Part shown: positions 1 through 15,722 of the stretch, piece by piece | Numbering within the stretch: the first letter of the stretch is position 1 | Layout of the letters: every line of letters starts with the position of its first letter | Assembly: GCF_000315625.1 (NCBI RefSeq) | Contig: NW_005434616.1 | Span: 186,001-250,000 of the forward strand | DNA length: 64,000 bases | DNA from: Guillardia theta CCMP2712 | Lineage: Eukaryota; Protista; Cryptophyta | Direction: 5' to 3' | The notes under the pieces: model-generated | The model's input: only the letters and a program-made list of their open reading frames with translations | Told to the model about the DNA's origin: nothing | The model's database searches: none | Made by a program: the position numbers and the translations under genes

Positions 1-39
1 AAGTCGCTCTTTGACCATGCCGGGCCGGAGGAGCAGACG

Positions 40-2031
40 ATGAAACGGGAGGAGTGCCCGATCTGCCTTGAGAGCATCGACCCTGACCAGGCGTTCCTCA
101 CGACGTGTGCACACAAGTTTCACAAGTCGTGCTATGATGAATACTCTAGAATGTCCTCAGTAGCCAACAAGAGACAGTGCCCTGTTTGCCGAACAGCTCA
201 GCACACGCGGGAGACGTTCTCGTGGGAAGTTGAGGACTCTGGGCCCCAGCGACCGGCGGAGTCGATGGGCAACGACGTTGGGGGAGATTTCAACGAGCTT
301 TCGAGGCGAGACGGGCTCTTCATTGATACAAGATTCTATGACGACACAGCCGTCAACTCGCCCCGAGTTGGGGAGGCGACTTACGAGATGTCGCAGGAGT
401 ACACGCAGAGGCCAAACCGAGTTTTTGCCAACAGCCCCTTGATGTCTACCGTCATGAAGCGGAAACCGGATGAAGAATCCGATCACCACAAGCACGACCT
501 TGCTTCGATGCCCCTCTACTCGGGCGTGAAGAAATCCGCGGTCGAACCTATCAAGGACAACTCTCGCTGGACGGACTCAGTTCTGTTCTCGCAAGACGTC
601 CCTGCCAACGCAAGGCCGACCTCCTCCCTTCACAGACCGTCGAACGCGCAAGCACCAGCCGCTTCTGCCCCGAGACTCGATCTACGGGAGCTTGGGTCGC
701 ACTCGATGGAATTTCACAGCATTGCGACGCAGATGTTCACGACAGGAAAGGTGGGCCTGGGGTCATCGAAAGAAGTCACATCGCAAGTACCAGAAGCCAC
801 TAGGAAGGCAGAGCGACTCGAGAGCACCAAGTCAGAGTCTTCAGCTCATGCCCGTCCTCGTCCTGAGGCGGGGGATCCGAGAGCCGCGCGAGTTCGTGTG
901 GTGGGGATTGAGAAAGTTACACAACACTCGAGCTTCAAAGAGGCTGTGAGAGAGGCCAACAAAGGCAGCGCCAAGGTGATCGTGGGTGCCGGACGCCACG
1001 AATGGGAAGGGGACGCGACGTTCCGAAGAACAGAGATGAACGTGACAGCAGAGGAAGGAGCGACGATGCTGAGCCAGGTAAGCGAGCAGAAGTTCCTGCC
1101 CCCCTGACGCAAAATGCCAGTGGCTGTTCAAGGAGGCCAGCGGAGGGTCCCTCAACGCCCTTGCCTGTGTCTTCGTTGCTCCAGACCTCTCCGAGCCTTG
1201 CATGCTCTTCTGGGGGGGGCCATGGCTTGTCGACCGCTCGAGCGTCCGCAGCAACGGCGGCATCGCCATCATGAGCGCTGAGCAGGCAGCAGTGATGATG
1301 CGGAGGTAGTTGAGGGGTTGCTGCGAGTGTGGGGCTGACCGAGGGCTGCAGTTGCAAGGCAGGCGGAGTGTCAGAGGACGAGATGGCATCGACGGGGTTG
1401 AGCATCGGGGGGGCGAGCAGATGCATCCTTGAGCAGTGTGAGATCGGCTTCGCGGGGACGAGAAGAGGAGGAGGAGCAGGAGTACGGGTCAGTGGAGAAC
1501 GCTGGTGTGACTGCGATCGACTGATGGTCACGAAGGTGATGGACGATGGGAAGGCGTCTATTGAACTTTCGACGATCGCCAACGTGAGGCTTCTCCCCAT
1601 CGCCCGTCCCTCCTCCACTCCTATTCCCTCCTGCCATTCTCCTTCCTTTCCCATTCCCTCCTTCCACTCACTCCCTCCTCACCTCCTCAACTACTCCTCT
1701 CCTCCCCTTCGACTCCACTTCGTGTCCTCCCCGCCTGACGTCACCCAGGTCTCCTACTGCATCTCCATCTATGGATCCGCCAAGGTCCTCGTGCGCGAGT
1801 GTTCGCTCGCCTCCGCCAGGTCTTGTCTGCCTCCTCCTGCTGGGCTGACAGCTAGGCAGGATGAGCGCCTTCTACGCAGAGGCAGGGAGCTCGAGAGCAT
1901 CTCTGCAGCTGAAGAGATGCTCCGTCACCTGCCGCAAGGTAGGAGGGAGCTGGGCAAGTTCGAGACGCTGAGCCAGATGATTGCAGGAGTGGTACAACCC
2001 GGATAGGCCGGGCAAGTATGAAGTGAGATAG
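40..2031 (+). CDS. RING-finger protein with C-terminal pectin-lyase/right-handed beta-helix-like region (multi-exon)
   Basis: N-terminal CPIC..C.HKFHKSC..CPVC RING-H2 motif. GT-AG intron 1078-1120, then exons reading WLFKEASGG..GGPWLV..; probable last exon EWYNPDRPGKYEVR* ending 2031. Confidence 0.7.
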
Positions 2032-2087
2032 GTTAACATGTGAGCGTGTACAGGGCGAGTTAAGAATGTAATGAATGTTAATACCTC

Positions 2088-5000
2088 TCACGTCTTCTCC
2101 TCTCCTCCGCTCCTTGTCTTCCTCCTCACCAACACCTGCTTCGGAAACGACCTCCCCAGCCAGAAGATCCGATCTCTCAACCCCTGAGCCTTCTTAATGA
2201 CAGACAGCGTGCTCCTCTCAGTCTTCTTCTTCCTCCTCCTCCTCTCCTCCTTCAGATTCTTCGCAACCTTTTCGTCCTCCTCCGCAAGAGCAGGAGTACG
2301 AACGGTCCTGCCGTCGCTGCTCCAGTAGCTTGCGGGGATGCTTCTCTTCGCCATGGCAACCGCCGCCTCAACGTCCTCCCAGCGCGAGTGGCTCCTCATG
2401 TACTCCCTAGCCAGCAGAGGGCCCAGCTTCCTCCACTCCATCCTCCCGCCAGCCTGTGACAGCGCAGAGTCGACTGCATGCACCCAACCCCTCCAGCCTG
2501 CCTTGGCTGCCTTCACCGCGCTCCAAACCTCCCCCGCCTGCTCCTCCGACACCCTGAGCTCCTTCCTAACGTAGTGGACGAACCGGAGGCGTCTCACGGG
2601 GACGAACTCGTGCTGCAGCAGCTGCTTCAGCAGCCCCTTCGTCTCGTCGCTATGAGAGTTCCTGATCGCCTTCCATAGCACGTCCTGCCAGGCCGCCTTG
2701 TCTACCAGCACGTCGTGCGCCTCGCACCACTCCAGCCACTGCTGCCACATGGCGTCATGGCGGAGGGTGTGGGACGAGCCGAAGACGATTAGTCCACGTC
2801 TCGCTCGCGTCAACATCACGTTGAGCCTCCGCCAGTCGCGCAGGAAGCCGACCATGCCCCGCTGGTTGCTCCTCACGGCCGAGAAGAGGATCAGCTCTTT
2901 CTCCCTCCCCTGGAAGTTGTCGACGCTCGCTATCTCCAGCTCCCTCGCCTCCGCCTGGTCCAGATTCTCCCGCGCGCACAGGCTGTGCCAGCTCCTCTTG
3001 AGCAGGCGGACCTGAGCCATGTAGGGGGTGACCACCCCGACGTCCCGCGGCCGCAGGTTCTTCTTCCTCAACACCATGATCAGCACTTGCAGCAGCTTTT
3101 CCACCTCCTTGGGGTTCGCCTTCGACTCTCCCTGCTGCTGCTCGTGGTATCCTCTTCCCATGTCCACAAACGCCACGGGCACGTCCCTCCTCGGCCACAC
3201 GAACCCCTGCAGCGCCGGCCGCTCCTCCCCCCTGATCCCGTCCTTGAGCCTCCCGTCGTAGACCATCTTGGAGGAGAATTCCATGAGCTTCGGGTGCGAC
3301 CTGAACTGAGTGTCGAGGAACTTCGCCTCCAGCCCCTCCCTCACCAGCCGAGCGTACAGGGAGACCGACATTCCTCGCTCCTCCGCCTCCTCGCTCTGCA
3401 CTGTTGGAGGGAGCTGGCAGTGGTCCCCAGACAGGACGAGGCGGCTGCATCCCCTCTGGACGATGGGGACGATGGTGTTGATCTCAGTGCACTGGGCGAC
3501 CTCGTCGACGAGGATTGCGTCGAAGCTGCCGAGCTGACGGAAGAGGAAGTCTCCTCCTGCAGTGATCATCTGAGCACAGATCACCTCGGCGTTGTCGAGG
3601 ATCTCGTCTCGGATGAAGTTATCTTGGTCTCTCTCCTGCCTCTCCTTGCGCTTCTGCCGCTCTGCCGGGTCCAGCTCCAAGTCCATCCAGATGTTCACCT
3701 TCTCTTCATCCTCGCTGTCAGACATTGGTTTGCTCTCCATCCATTGGTCCCTTTTCATGTCCAACAGACATGGAATGCAGTCCTCCTTGGTCGGCTTGTA
3801 GTCCACGAACCCCCCAGTGTCCGCCTCCTCCACATTTTCCCTTCGTATCCTCCAGCCACGGGCCGGGGGAAGTTGCGAGTCTTGCGGGCAGTATGCCAGG
3901 ATGCCAGACTTACCCTTCTTGTTGGTGATGTACCAACCCGACTTGTCCTTCCTTTCCATGTAGAAGCAGTAGAGTGGTGACTTCTTCACTCCGTCGAGCT
4001 TCTTGTACGAGTGGTAGGGAGATTTCATCAAGAACTCCCGCTCCACCTCGTACGCCCGTGCCCAGACCCCGTTGAGCTCGGGCATCAGAGTACCGTTCTC
4101 GTAGACCTTCCTGGCTAGCAGCCCTGACATCCGAAACCAGGCTTCCTTGTCATACTGCATGTTCACAACTTGCGCCTCCGTCATCGCCTGGAGCTCTTTC
4201 TCGTACTGACTCACGTATTCCTCCATCTTCCTATCGATGCCCAACTTCTTCTCCTCCCGCCTTCTCTCTTTGTCCTCCTTCCACTTCTTTACCTGATGGT
4301 CTAGCGTCAGCTCCTCCACCAGCGAGCTGATCTTCTCAGGCCTCCCTATCCTGACCACCTTCACTCCCGCTCGGGCCAGCCCCTGCGCGATGTTGTCCAC
4401 CGCCACGTTCCCATCAGCTGTTGCTAGGATCTTCCCGACGCCCACCTGGGCCCATAGCTTCAATATCTCGACGGACGTACTAGTCTTTCCCGTCCCTGGG
4501 GGGCCCTGGATGATGGTACATCTCTGCCAGAGAGCCGCCCTCACGGCCTCGCGCTGGGAGGGCGTCAAACGCTCGTTGTGCTCCAGCTCGTTGCTCGCCT
4601 TGCAGAGATTTTCCCAAATCATGGGAGGCCTCCAGGGCTCCTCCGCAATCTGCTTCACCCGGTTCCTTGCCCTCTCCTCCTCCTTCTTCCTCTCCTCCTC
4701 CTTTCTTCGTTCCTCCGCTTTTCTTCTCTCCCCCTCCCTCCTCTCCTCCTCCTTCTTCCTCTCCTCCGCTTTTCTTCTCTCCTCCTCCTCCTTCCTCTCC
4801 TCCTCCTTCCTCCTCTCCTCCGCTTTTCTTCTCTCCTCCTCCTCCTTCCTCTCCTCCTCCTTCCTCCTCTCCTCCGCTTTTCTTCTCTCCTCTTCCTCCT
4901 TCCTCTCCTCCTCCTTTCTTCTCTCCTCCACTCCAAGTTTCTCCTCTACCTGAACCAGATCCTGCTCCTGCTTTATTCCTTCTCTGCCCACATCTTCCTT

Positions 5001-8000
5001 TTCCTGCATCTGCGTCTCCACAATCGCAACTTCCTCCCTATTCCCTTCCTCCTTCCCTTCCACGTCCGCCATCACCACCATGTCTCCTGCTTCATTCTGC
5101 ACCACATCCTCCGCCGCCTCCAACTTCGTCTCTACTCCTCCTGCTCCTTCCTCCTTGTCGCCCGTGGCCCCACAACCTCCCCCTGAGCACAATCACCCCG
5201 TTCAGAACCTCTCAGCAACACAGAAGCAACAATCTCACCTGCAGCAATCCAGCCTCCTCCCTCGCTCTGTGGCTCAACGTCGTCCATTGCCGTCGGCACT
5301 CCGGCGCTCTCCCCCTCTATCTCCTCTTGGTCGTCCGAGATGTAGATCACTTCAACCTCTTCTCGTCTCACCTGCTCCTTTGCTGTCTCACCTCCTCCAC
5401 CCATCTTGGCCTCCGACCCCTCAGGCTCTACCTCCATCGCATCCTCGCTCATCCCTCCCTTGCCTTGACCGTCCATTGTATCTTCCTTGACGACCAGGTC
5501 CGGGTCCGGCCCCTTCCCTTGCTCCGTCCTCGACTCAAGATCCTGACTCGGCAGGCAGTACTGACCCGCCGTCGATCCTTCTTGCGAGTCTTCCGCAAAG
5601 TCCATGGTCGTCACGTCATCCACCTCCTTCCCCGTTCCAGCGACGTCCTGCACGGGTGCTGTGGAACTTGACGCCTCGAGCCTGCCTCCCACCTCCTCCA
5701 CGTTCACTTCCCCCGCCGCCAACACTTGTGGCCTCTCATCACAGCTCTCACAGCTGATGGCATCTTTCATCATCTCCGCATCCTCCCCCACGGTACAAGA
5801 GGCCTCGGCTCCCTCCTTCCCCTCCCCCTCCCCCTTCCCTTCCGCTCCTTGCTGCTTCTTCCTCCTACTGATCCACTCGTCCACCATCCCCACCTGACTC
5901 TCCGTGATGATCTCGAAGATCTTCTCTTCGTCCTGGCCCCTCACCTCCGTGCAGATCGTCTCTAGCGACTGCAGCTGGCGGCTATAGCTCGTTCTGTTCG
6001 CCGACTTGTCGACTCTCCACGTCTTCTCCATGTAGTCCTTGGGCAGTTTGACAACCTCATCAAGGTTGATCGTCATTGACGTCTCCGTCAACTCCCCGCA
6101 AACTCCGATGCCCAGCTTGTCCACCAGCGGGCTCGTCAGGCTGATCGCAACCCCGTCTCCCTTCTTGATCTTCAGCTTGAACAGGTCGATGGCGCTGCTG
6201 CTCTTCAGCCAGATCTTGTTCGCGTGCGTCTTGTCCTCCCAGCCCCTGTGCCTCCTCCCGCACGCCACCTTGCTCACACTTAGCTTCGTCAGGGCCCAGC
6301 CCGACCTCTGCAGGGCCTCTGCTGTCCGCCCGCAAACCCGATTGCGCATCAGCTCGAGGTCAGCTAGGAACTCTAGATGGATCAGGACGTTGAAGTGCTC
6401 GAAGTAGCGCAGCTTCTTCTCGTCTCCGTGGACGACCCCTCCCCTCAGCTGTTCTACGTCAAGTTGCCCCACCAGCTCGTTCACAGGTGGAGCTGAGAGC
6501 TCCTCGTACTCCTGCCTCCCCACCAGCTTCACAGGATCTGGGCAGCGCTTCTTCCCCTCGTTGATCTGCCAGCCAGCCCGAGGGGGTAATGAGGAAGTGG
6601 AAGGGTTGAAACCGATGGTAGCAGCTTTGCTCCCAAATTTTGTGCCAAGCCACCATCCTTTCTTCATCTTGCTGAAGTTCCAGTAGTAACATACCAGTTC
6701 CTGCTCCGTGTCTCCTCCCTTCTTCTCTGCCTTGCTCTGCTTCTCCTTTTCCCCACTCCCGACGCTTGCGTCTTCCTTGGTTGTGTCTTGTACTCTCCCC
6801 TCTTCTCTCCCCTCCTCTTGGGGAGCTTTGACGTATACAGGCCTCTTGTCATCCATGAAAGCATCGTATTTGTCAACTTGCAGGTATCTTCCGTTGACCT
6901 CCTCCCTAGCCTTGCAACCAAAGAAGAAAATTTCCTCGGGGATCGTCTTCGCTTCCTCCTCTCCTTTCGCTTCCTCCTCTTCTTCATCCTCCTTGTGCTC
7001 GGAGTTTTCGATCTCCATGCTCGGCTTGCTCAGCCCCTGCAGCTCCGCCTCCAGGTCCTTCAAGCTCGATCCTTTCTTCATGGGGCTAACACAAGGAGCA
7101 TCGGGAGGGAGCGCGAGGTTGAGGAGGATGCGGATCAAGGCAGGATGCACGGAGAGGTCCGAAGTCACTCTCATCATCACTTCACGGTACGAGCCGATGC
7201 TCAGCCTCAATCTGCTCCCTCCTCCTCCTCCTCCTCCTCCTCCTCCTCGCTTCTCCCTTTCCTCGGTAACTTGAATTGTCTGTCCTGCCTCTTCATTTGA
7301 TCGAAAGATCTTCAGAGCTTGAATAAGAGATCGGAGGCTAACTTTGCAGGACACCACCAGCAGATCAACTATCAAATATTCCTTGACTGCAATCCCATGA
7401 AGCCTTGCTTCCTGGATCTCGTTCACAGCTCCGCTGATGTCCCTCTTGACCAGAAGGCGTTCGATTCTCTCCGAAACTTTCTTTTCACGCTCCATCCGCT
7501 CCTCCTCCAGCCGCTGCTTCTCTCTCCTCTCCTGCTCCTTCTTATCCATCTCCTCTCGCCGCTGTTTCCACTGGCGCCTCTCCTCGTCCAACCTCCTCAT
7601 CCGCTCCTGCCTGTCCTCGTCTGTCTCTCTCTGTTGCATGTCATTCCAGCGGACTTGACTTCGGTCGTCGCTCCTGCTCGGGGCATATCTCGGGTAATTT
7701 CTCTCCTCCGCCCTCCACTCCTCGACTCTTCTCCCTCCCACCTCCCCGGCTCTCTGCTCTCGTCGCCTGTCGGCTCCGTCATGCCTCCTTGACGGCTCGT
7801 CCAGCTGCGGCTGAGGGGATGGAGCATAGAAGGACGACCAAGGAGAGGAGGCGCTCGACTTATGCCGTTTGTGCTCTTGTGCTTGCCTTGCGGTATCCAC
7901 ACGAGCAAAGTCTCCTCCGTTCAGCGACCCTCCCTGCCACCCTTCTCGTATCTCACCATTGGGCCGATCGGTGGTGGAGGAGGCAGGTGGATCGCCGCGA

Positions 8001-8146
8001 GCGTTCACATGATTGTTTGCGTTCACATGATTGTTTGCGTTCACATGATTGTTTGTGGGCGCATCTCGACCCTGTCTGTCATCAAACCACACTTTCCTGG
8101 TCTGAGGGTCTTCTCTCCGAGCATACCCTGCTGGAACCATCAGCAA
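2088..8146 (-). CDS. Large UPF1/IGHMBP2-like superfamily 1B helicase (~2000 aa)
   Basis: ORFs 5132..8146 and 2088..5192 are joined by a 56-nt GT-AG intron (5183-5238). Motifs [48 protein letters not shown]. True start codon uncertain. Confidence 0.88.
4676..4930 (-). repeat. Coding 54-bp tandem repeat ([18 protein letters not shown], ~4 copies), charged helix
   Basis: Repeating ctctcctcc/gcttttctt units visible in the sequence. Confidence 0.85.
8003..8056 (-). repeat. 18-bp tandem repeat x3 (NNHVNA)
   Basis: gttcacatgattgtttgc repeated three times. Confidence 0.85.
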
Positions 8147-8730
8147 TCAAGATCGGCAACGAAACTCTCAAACCATCGTAGTTGGTGGTATGGTAACGAG
8201 AACTTGACGCTGCAAGGTGTATGTGAGTTTCTCTATCATATGTTGATGTCTTCATAACAACCATAATCATACGAATTGCCATATTCATTGCTGTACGCGG
8301 TGACATGTGCATAGTCGTATCCAACTCCACAGTTCGGCGGTGGATACTTGAATGCATGTCAGAGCACCAGAGCAAGAATATCAAGATATCAACTCACATG
8401 GTAATAAGGCGTGACATCGGTTGGGGGGGGCTCAAAACGATCCCAATCATCGTCATGGCGCCTTTTGCGCGGCAACATCCAGTCCCACGAACTCATGCTC
8501 CGAATCTGCAGCGAGCTTTGTGTGAGATTTTGTGCTGTTGTTATATGAGCCACTGTTTCCCTTTTCCTTCTAATTCTCATAGAAGGTATTCCTACGACCA
8601 CAACCCTTCCTTCTCCGTTCCTGCAAACCCCTCGTGCGAGCTATGAATTAAAACTCTCATTCTCTGGGGAATTCTCCAATCATCCTTCCAATCACCCTCT
8701 CAATGTCCTTCTTCCTTGTCCTCCTCTTCC

Positions 8731-8783
8731 TCTTCATCTCTTCATCTCTTCATCTCTTCATCTCTTCATCTCTTCATCTCTTC
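8731..8783. repeat. (TCTTCATC)n, ~6.5 copies, in divergent intergenic region
   Basis: Seen directly. Confidence 0.9.
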
Positions 8784-9133
8784 CTGTCTTCCGGTTGATT
8801 TATTCCATCGGGCATTCCAGCATGTGCAACATACCCCTACCCCCCAACTTTAGTCAAATCAGGTGAATAGGTGGGGTACGAACGATTGTTGCTAGCATTC
8901 GAAGCCCATAGGAGGAGGAGGGGTGGTTTTCTCTGATTTCAGGACTTCAAGACGACCGGTGGTATTTTTGATAATCCATCTGTCGCGGTTCCGCCTCTGG
9001 CTGACCTGAAATAGAACATGGCGGGGGGGAGCGAGTGAACAGCCGAAGGGACCCATGCTGACTTGCTGACTTCCCTTGTCCTCCTCTCCTCTCCCTCTCA
9101 TCCGACCGCTCGTGTCTCACCGTCGCTATCTCG

Positions 9134-12100
9134 ATGCAGCATCAAGTCGTCCATTGCAGTGGATATGGCACCCGCCAATCAGCCGAGCGAAGGTCCAGGG
9201 CATGCCTGCTGGCCGCGACGTCAGTCGTGTTGGCTGTCTTGACCGCTGCTATGTTCTATGGCAGCAGAGGATCGCAAGAGTCTCTCCTTCAGCTCTCAGC
9301 CCCCTTCAGCCAGTATGACCCCCTTTCGTTCAACTTCGGCAGAGACAGGTCCATGATTGCCACGGTGCCCATGTGGGCAACAGCCGACGTACCCGAGTCA
9401 GACGACAGGGACCTTGACATGACGGTCAACTCAGCGCTGGCTGTAGCTCAGGAGGCTCGTTCGCTTGCTGGACCGCAGAGCTCTGAGCCCGACTTTGTTC
9501 CATTCTCACCCCATCTTGCCTTCTCCCTTCCAGCGGGGTGCGTGGGAGGGTGTAAGCAGCAGCATGCCACAGTAAAGATTGTGAAGCGATCGATCCCTCC
9601 CTCCAAGGAGGAGAAAGAGATCAAGAAGATGTCTTCCACCTTCAAACGGCTGCAGAGGATCGACAGTGGGCACTACAAGATCCTCTCCACCAGGATACTG
9701 TCCCTGGAAAGAATGCTGAGAGAGTTTGCGGCCAGGGAAGCGAAGAAATCCTCCGACGTGGCGCTAGCGAAGACGAGAAAGATTCTCTCGGCTCAGGCTT
9801 CGATCAGGACGGCGAAGAGAGCGCTGGATGCTGTAACGGAGCTGAGGAGGATGAGATGGACGCGCGATCAGCCGGAAAAGCATGAGGATGGGTCGACAGC
9901 GCGAGCGCAGAAAGTGCAACAGCAAGAGCAACAGCAGCAGCAGACCATGATGGTGCCACAACGACAGGAGGAGAGGGCAAGGGAGGAGCCGAGGCGACGG
10001 GAGGAGAGGGCAAGGGAGGAGGAGCCGAGGAGGCGGGAGGAGAGGGCAGGGGAGGAGGAGCCGAGGCGACGGGAGGAGAGTGCAAGGGAGGAGGAGCCGA
10101 GGCGACGGGAGGAGAGGGCAGGGGAAGAGGAGCCGAGGCGACGGGAGGAGAGTGCAAGAGAGGAGCCGAGGCGACGGGAGGAGAGGGCAAGAGAGGAGCC
10201 GAGGCGACGGGAGGAGGAGGCAAGGGAGGAGGAGCCGAGGCGACGGGAGGAGAGGGCAAGGGAGGAGCCGAGGCGACGGGAGGAGAGGGCAAGGGAGGAG
10301 CCGAGGAGGCGGGAGGAGAGTGCAAGAGAGGAGGAGGCGAGATGGCGTGGAGAGAGGGAAAGAAACAGTGAGCTGGAAGGAAGAAGAGTGAGACGGAGGG
10401 GAGAGAAGGAAGAGGAAGGCTATGCCTCAAGGCGTAAGGAAAGCAAGTATGCACGTCCTGTCTCATCTTCGTCGCTCGCTGCTGAGCCCTTCGGTTGTCG
10501 TTGTCTCTTCTTGTTTGCATGCTCTTACCCTCTGCAGATGCTGAAAGTTTCGTTCCCGGGCCTCACGATCGCATCTACAAGGGTCTGAGCTCAAAGTACA
10601 ACGACGAAGAAATAAGACAAGGTAATCCCCATTCTCCCCAAACCCTCCTCCTCTGCCTTTCCCCTTTGAATCCTGTCCGGCTCTATGCCACTTGGACTCC
10701 TCTCTGCCCTCTCTCTGCTTATCCTTCGCTGCTTTTAGCTTCGTGCTTCTCCTCACACTTGTGCAGAAAACCCGAACGAAGATTTCAGTCCCTACGGTGA
10801 AACTCGGAAGGGTGAAGAGAAGGAGCCGCCCGAGTACAACGAGAGTAGAGAATATTACGACGATGCCGAGAAAAGTGATCCTAATGGTAATCCCCCCTCC
10901 CTCCACTCCCTCTCCCTCTCTCTCCTCCTTCTTTCCCTACTCGCTATCCTGTCCCCTGCTCCCGCCCTTTCCAAGGTCCTTTCTCGTTGCATTGTTTTGT
11001 TTCATTTCTCTTCCCTTGTCCTAGCTGTGCTTGTCTGCCTCCTCCATCCATCGCATGACTCTTCTCTCCTTGCTCCTCCTACATTTTATGTCCAATTGCT
11101 GCCACTGAGCATGTGTTGCAGGGTTCTGGGGGGATTGGCGAAAGAATCCCATGGTATCCCCTATTTCTCTCCCTCACCATCCCCCTCCGTGCTTACCTCC
11201 CTTGAATTTGTCCTTGCTCTCCCTTTCCCTGTTCCCCCCCTTTTCATCCGCTGCTCCGCTCAACCCTTTCGCTACAGGGAATGCCCAGCGGCATTACAGC
11301 AGTACGGAATCCGTCCTATCCGTTCAAGAGCTGGCGGGGGTTGGACTGGATGGCAGGAGCAAAGGAGAAGACACAGAATGGGCAAAATGGAGGAGGAAAC
11401 GAGGAGGGTGGGGGCAAGACAGAGGAGGGAGGAAGTGGACAGGCAGGGGAAGGGCAGGAGGATGCCGGGAACCAGAACGACGGAGGTCAGGGCAACCAGG
11501 AAGCAGGTCAGGGCAAAGAGGCCCAAGTCTCCGCAGCAACAGAGCAGAACAATGAATCGCCTGCCCCTGTATCCAACGAGGAGGCAGCAGCCAGTCCGTC
11601 ACCTACCGCCTCCTCCCCGCCTCAAGCAGAAGCTCCGACACAAGCTGCGGCCGAAGCAAAGAGTTTCTCTGTGAGGAGCGGGTTGGAACAAGCTCCCTCC
11701 TCCATCACCACGAACCTTGAGTCGATGCTCAGTGGCTACAGGTGTGGCAGCACAAAATAGTCGACCCCCCTGTCCTCCTGTCCATTTCGACCCCCAAAGG
11801 ATCATTGCCCTCCACTTCTTTTCCGCTCATCTTCCTCATTCCTCTTTCTCCTCTCCTTCTGACTTCTTTCTGCACGACAATCTTTCTAACCCCGTTCCTC
11901 CTCCCTCATCTCCTTCCTCCCTCGTGTCTGCTATCGTGTTCATCCCTCATGCTGTGCAGGCTGGCAGGAGGAGATGTACCCGGCCATGATTTGAAGAGAG
12001 CACGAGAGGTGAGGAGGAGAAGAGGGAGGGAGAAGGATGCTGACTGGAAGAAAAGATGTATCTGCGGAAAAGTCTTAGGGTCAGTAGGGAGAAGGATGTA

Positions 12101-12231
12101 CAAAGGCACCTTCCAGATGAGGTAAGCAGGAGGAGCAGGAGATGGTGGTGGAGCAGGAGCAGGAGCAGAACTGACGGTTAGACTGCAGATTTCTTCCCTT
12201 CCGCGCAATCGCTGGCACCGACACACTTTGA
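9134..12231 (+). CDS. Unknown type II membrane/secreted protein with coiled coil and EEPRRREERAR repeats (multi-exon)
   Basis: Long first exon with N-terminal signal anchor (CLLAATSVVLAVLTAAMFYG). A chain of GT-AG introns with pyrimidine-rich interiors links exons to about 12231. Confidence 0.6.
9962..10340 (+). repeat. 30/33-bp coding tandem repeat (E)EPRRREERAR, ~12 copies
   Basis: gaggagccgaggcgacgggaggagagggcaagg units. Confidence 0.9.
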
Positions 12232-12523
12232 ATCATTTCGAGGACCATCAGAACTCCGTCTGAGGGGGGAGAAGATGAGGAACATAAGGAGATGGAGGGA
12301 TGAGAAGTAGCAGGGCGAGGAGAAGCGAGGAGGGCGGAGCAAGTAGCAACTTAGGATGAGATCCCATGTTGATGTAAATAGACATAAAGGTGATGTAGGT
12401 CTGTCAGCTCCAACAAGTTTCCCTTCATTCATAATCCCTAAGCTCGCATACGACACAGACTGCAGCTGCGCGCGGGCGCTCTTCCTTCCTCCTCCTCTTC
12501 CGATGCTCGGACAGCCAACAGGC

Positions 12524-15030
<2,507 letters not shown>

Positions 15031-15722
15031 CGCTTGTGACGAAGAGAGGAGGCCGTGAGGCTTGAGAGGCCGAGATGGGGGTACTCCAAAAGTTTGGTGG
15101 GTACCAAGATGTGGCGCTTATGGCTGAACAGTAAAAGACAGGGGTGGGTGGGTATAATTGTCATCACCACCCTCAATTTGGTCCTTGATGAGGGGGGTTC
15201 CAATTGAACTTCGTGAAGGCGTAATGGATTAATTGCATGTTGGGGGTCCTTATGAGAAAAAGGGGGTGATGGCCGTGGGGTATGACCCCTCGTGGAGATT
15301 TTTAGTCAATAGCACCACACCGGTCCTTGGTAATGCAAATAAGGCGTACGTGGAACATTTAGACCCCCTTGCGTCATCATTGAGTACGATGGGCAAAAAG
15401 GGGTAGGGGTTATAACCCCCACCACCCCTCTGCGCACACAACTGCTGACCTCATTCTCTGAGTCTGATTCTTTCTGATCAAGTTGAGTGATCGTGCCAAG
15501 AACTTGACTGGCAGCTCCGGGCCGCCGGCCCGCCCGCTGTCGGCTGAGGAGCCCGGCCTCCGGCGGCCCCGGCGTGACGGCATGGGCCGGCTGGGCCGGC
15601 CGCCGCAGTGACTGAGGCTCCGGGGGCTTGTTAATGCCTGCCTGAGTTCCATGCTGGCAATGACCCGTGAGTGGCACGGTGAGGCTACTAGGCCCCGCCG
15701 TGCTGGCTGTCCCCGGGCCCTG

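Noticed and set aside
5132-5238. Programmed frameshift between the two helicase ORFs
   Set aside because: A canonical 56-nt GT-AG intron (5183-5238) joins them.
4390-5671. S/F/L/P-rich + strand ORFs (also 9804-10520 on the minus strand)
   Set aside because: Antisense translations of purine-rich E/K/R repeats.
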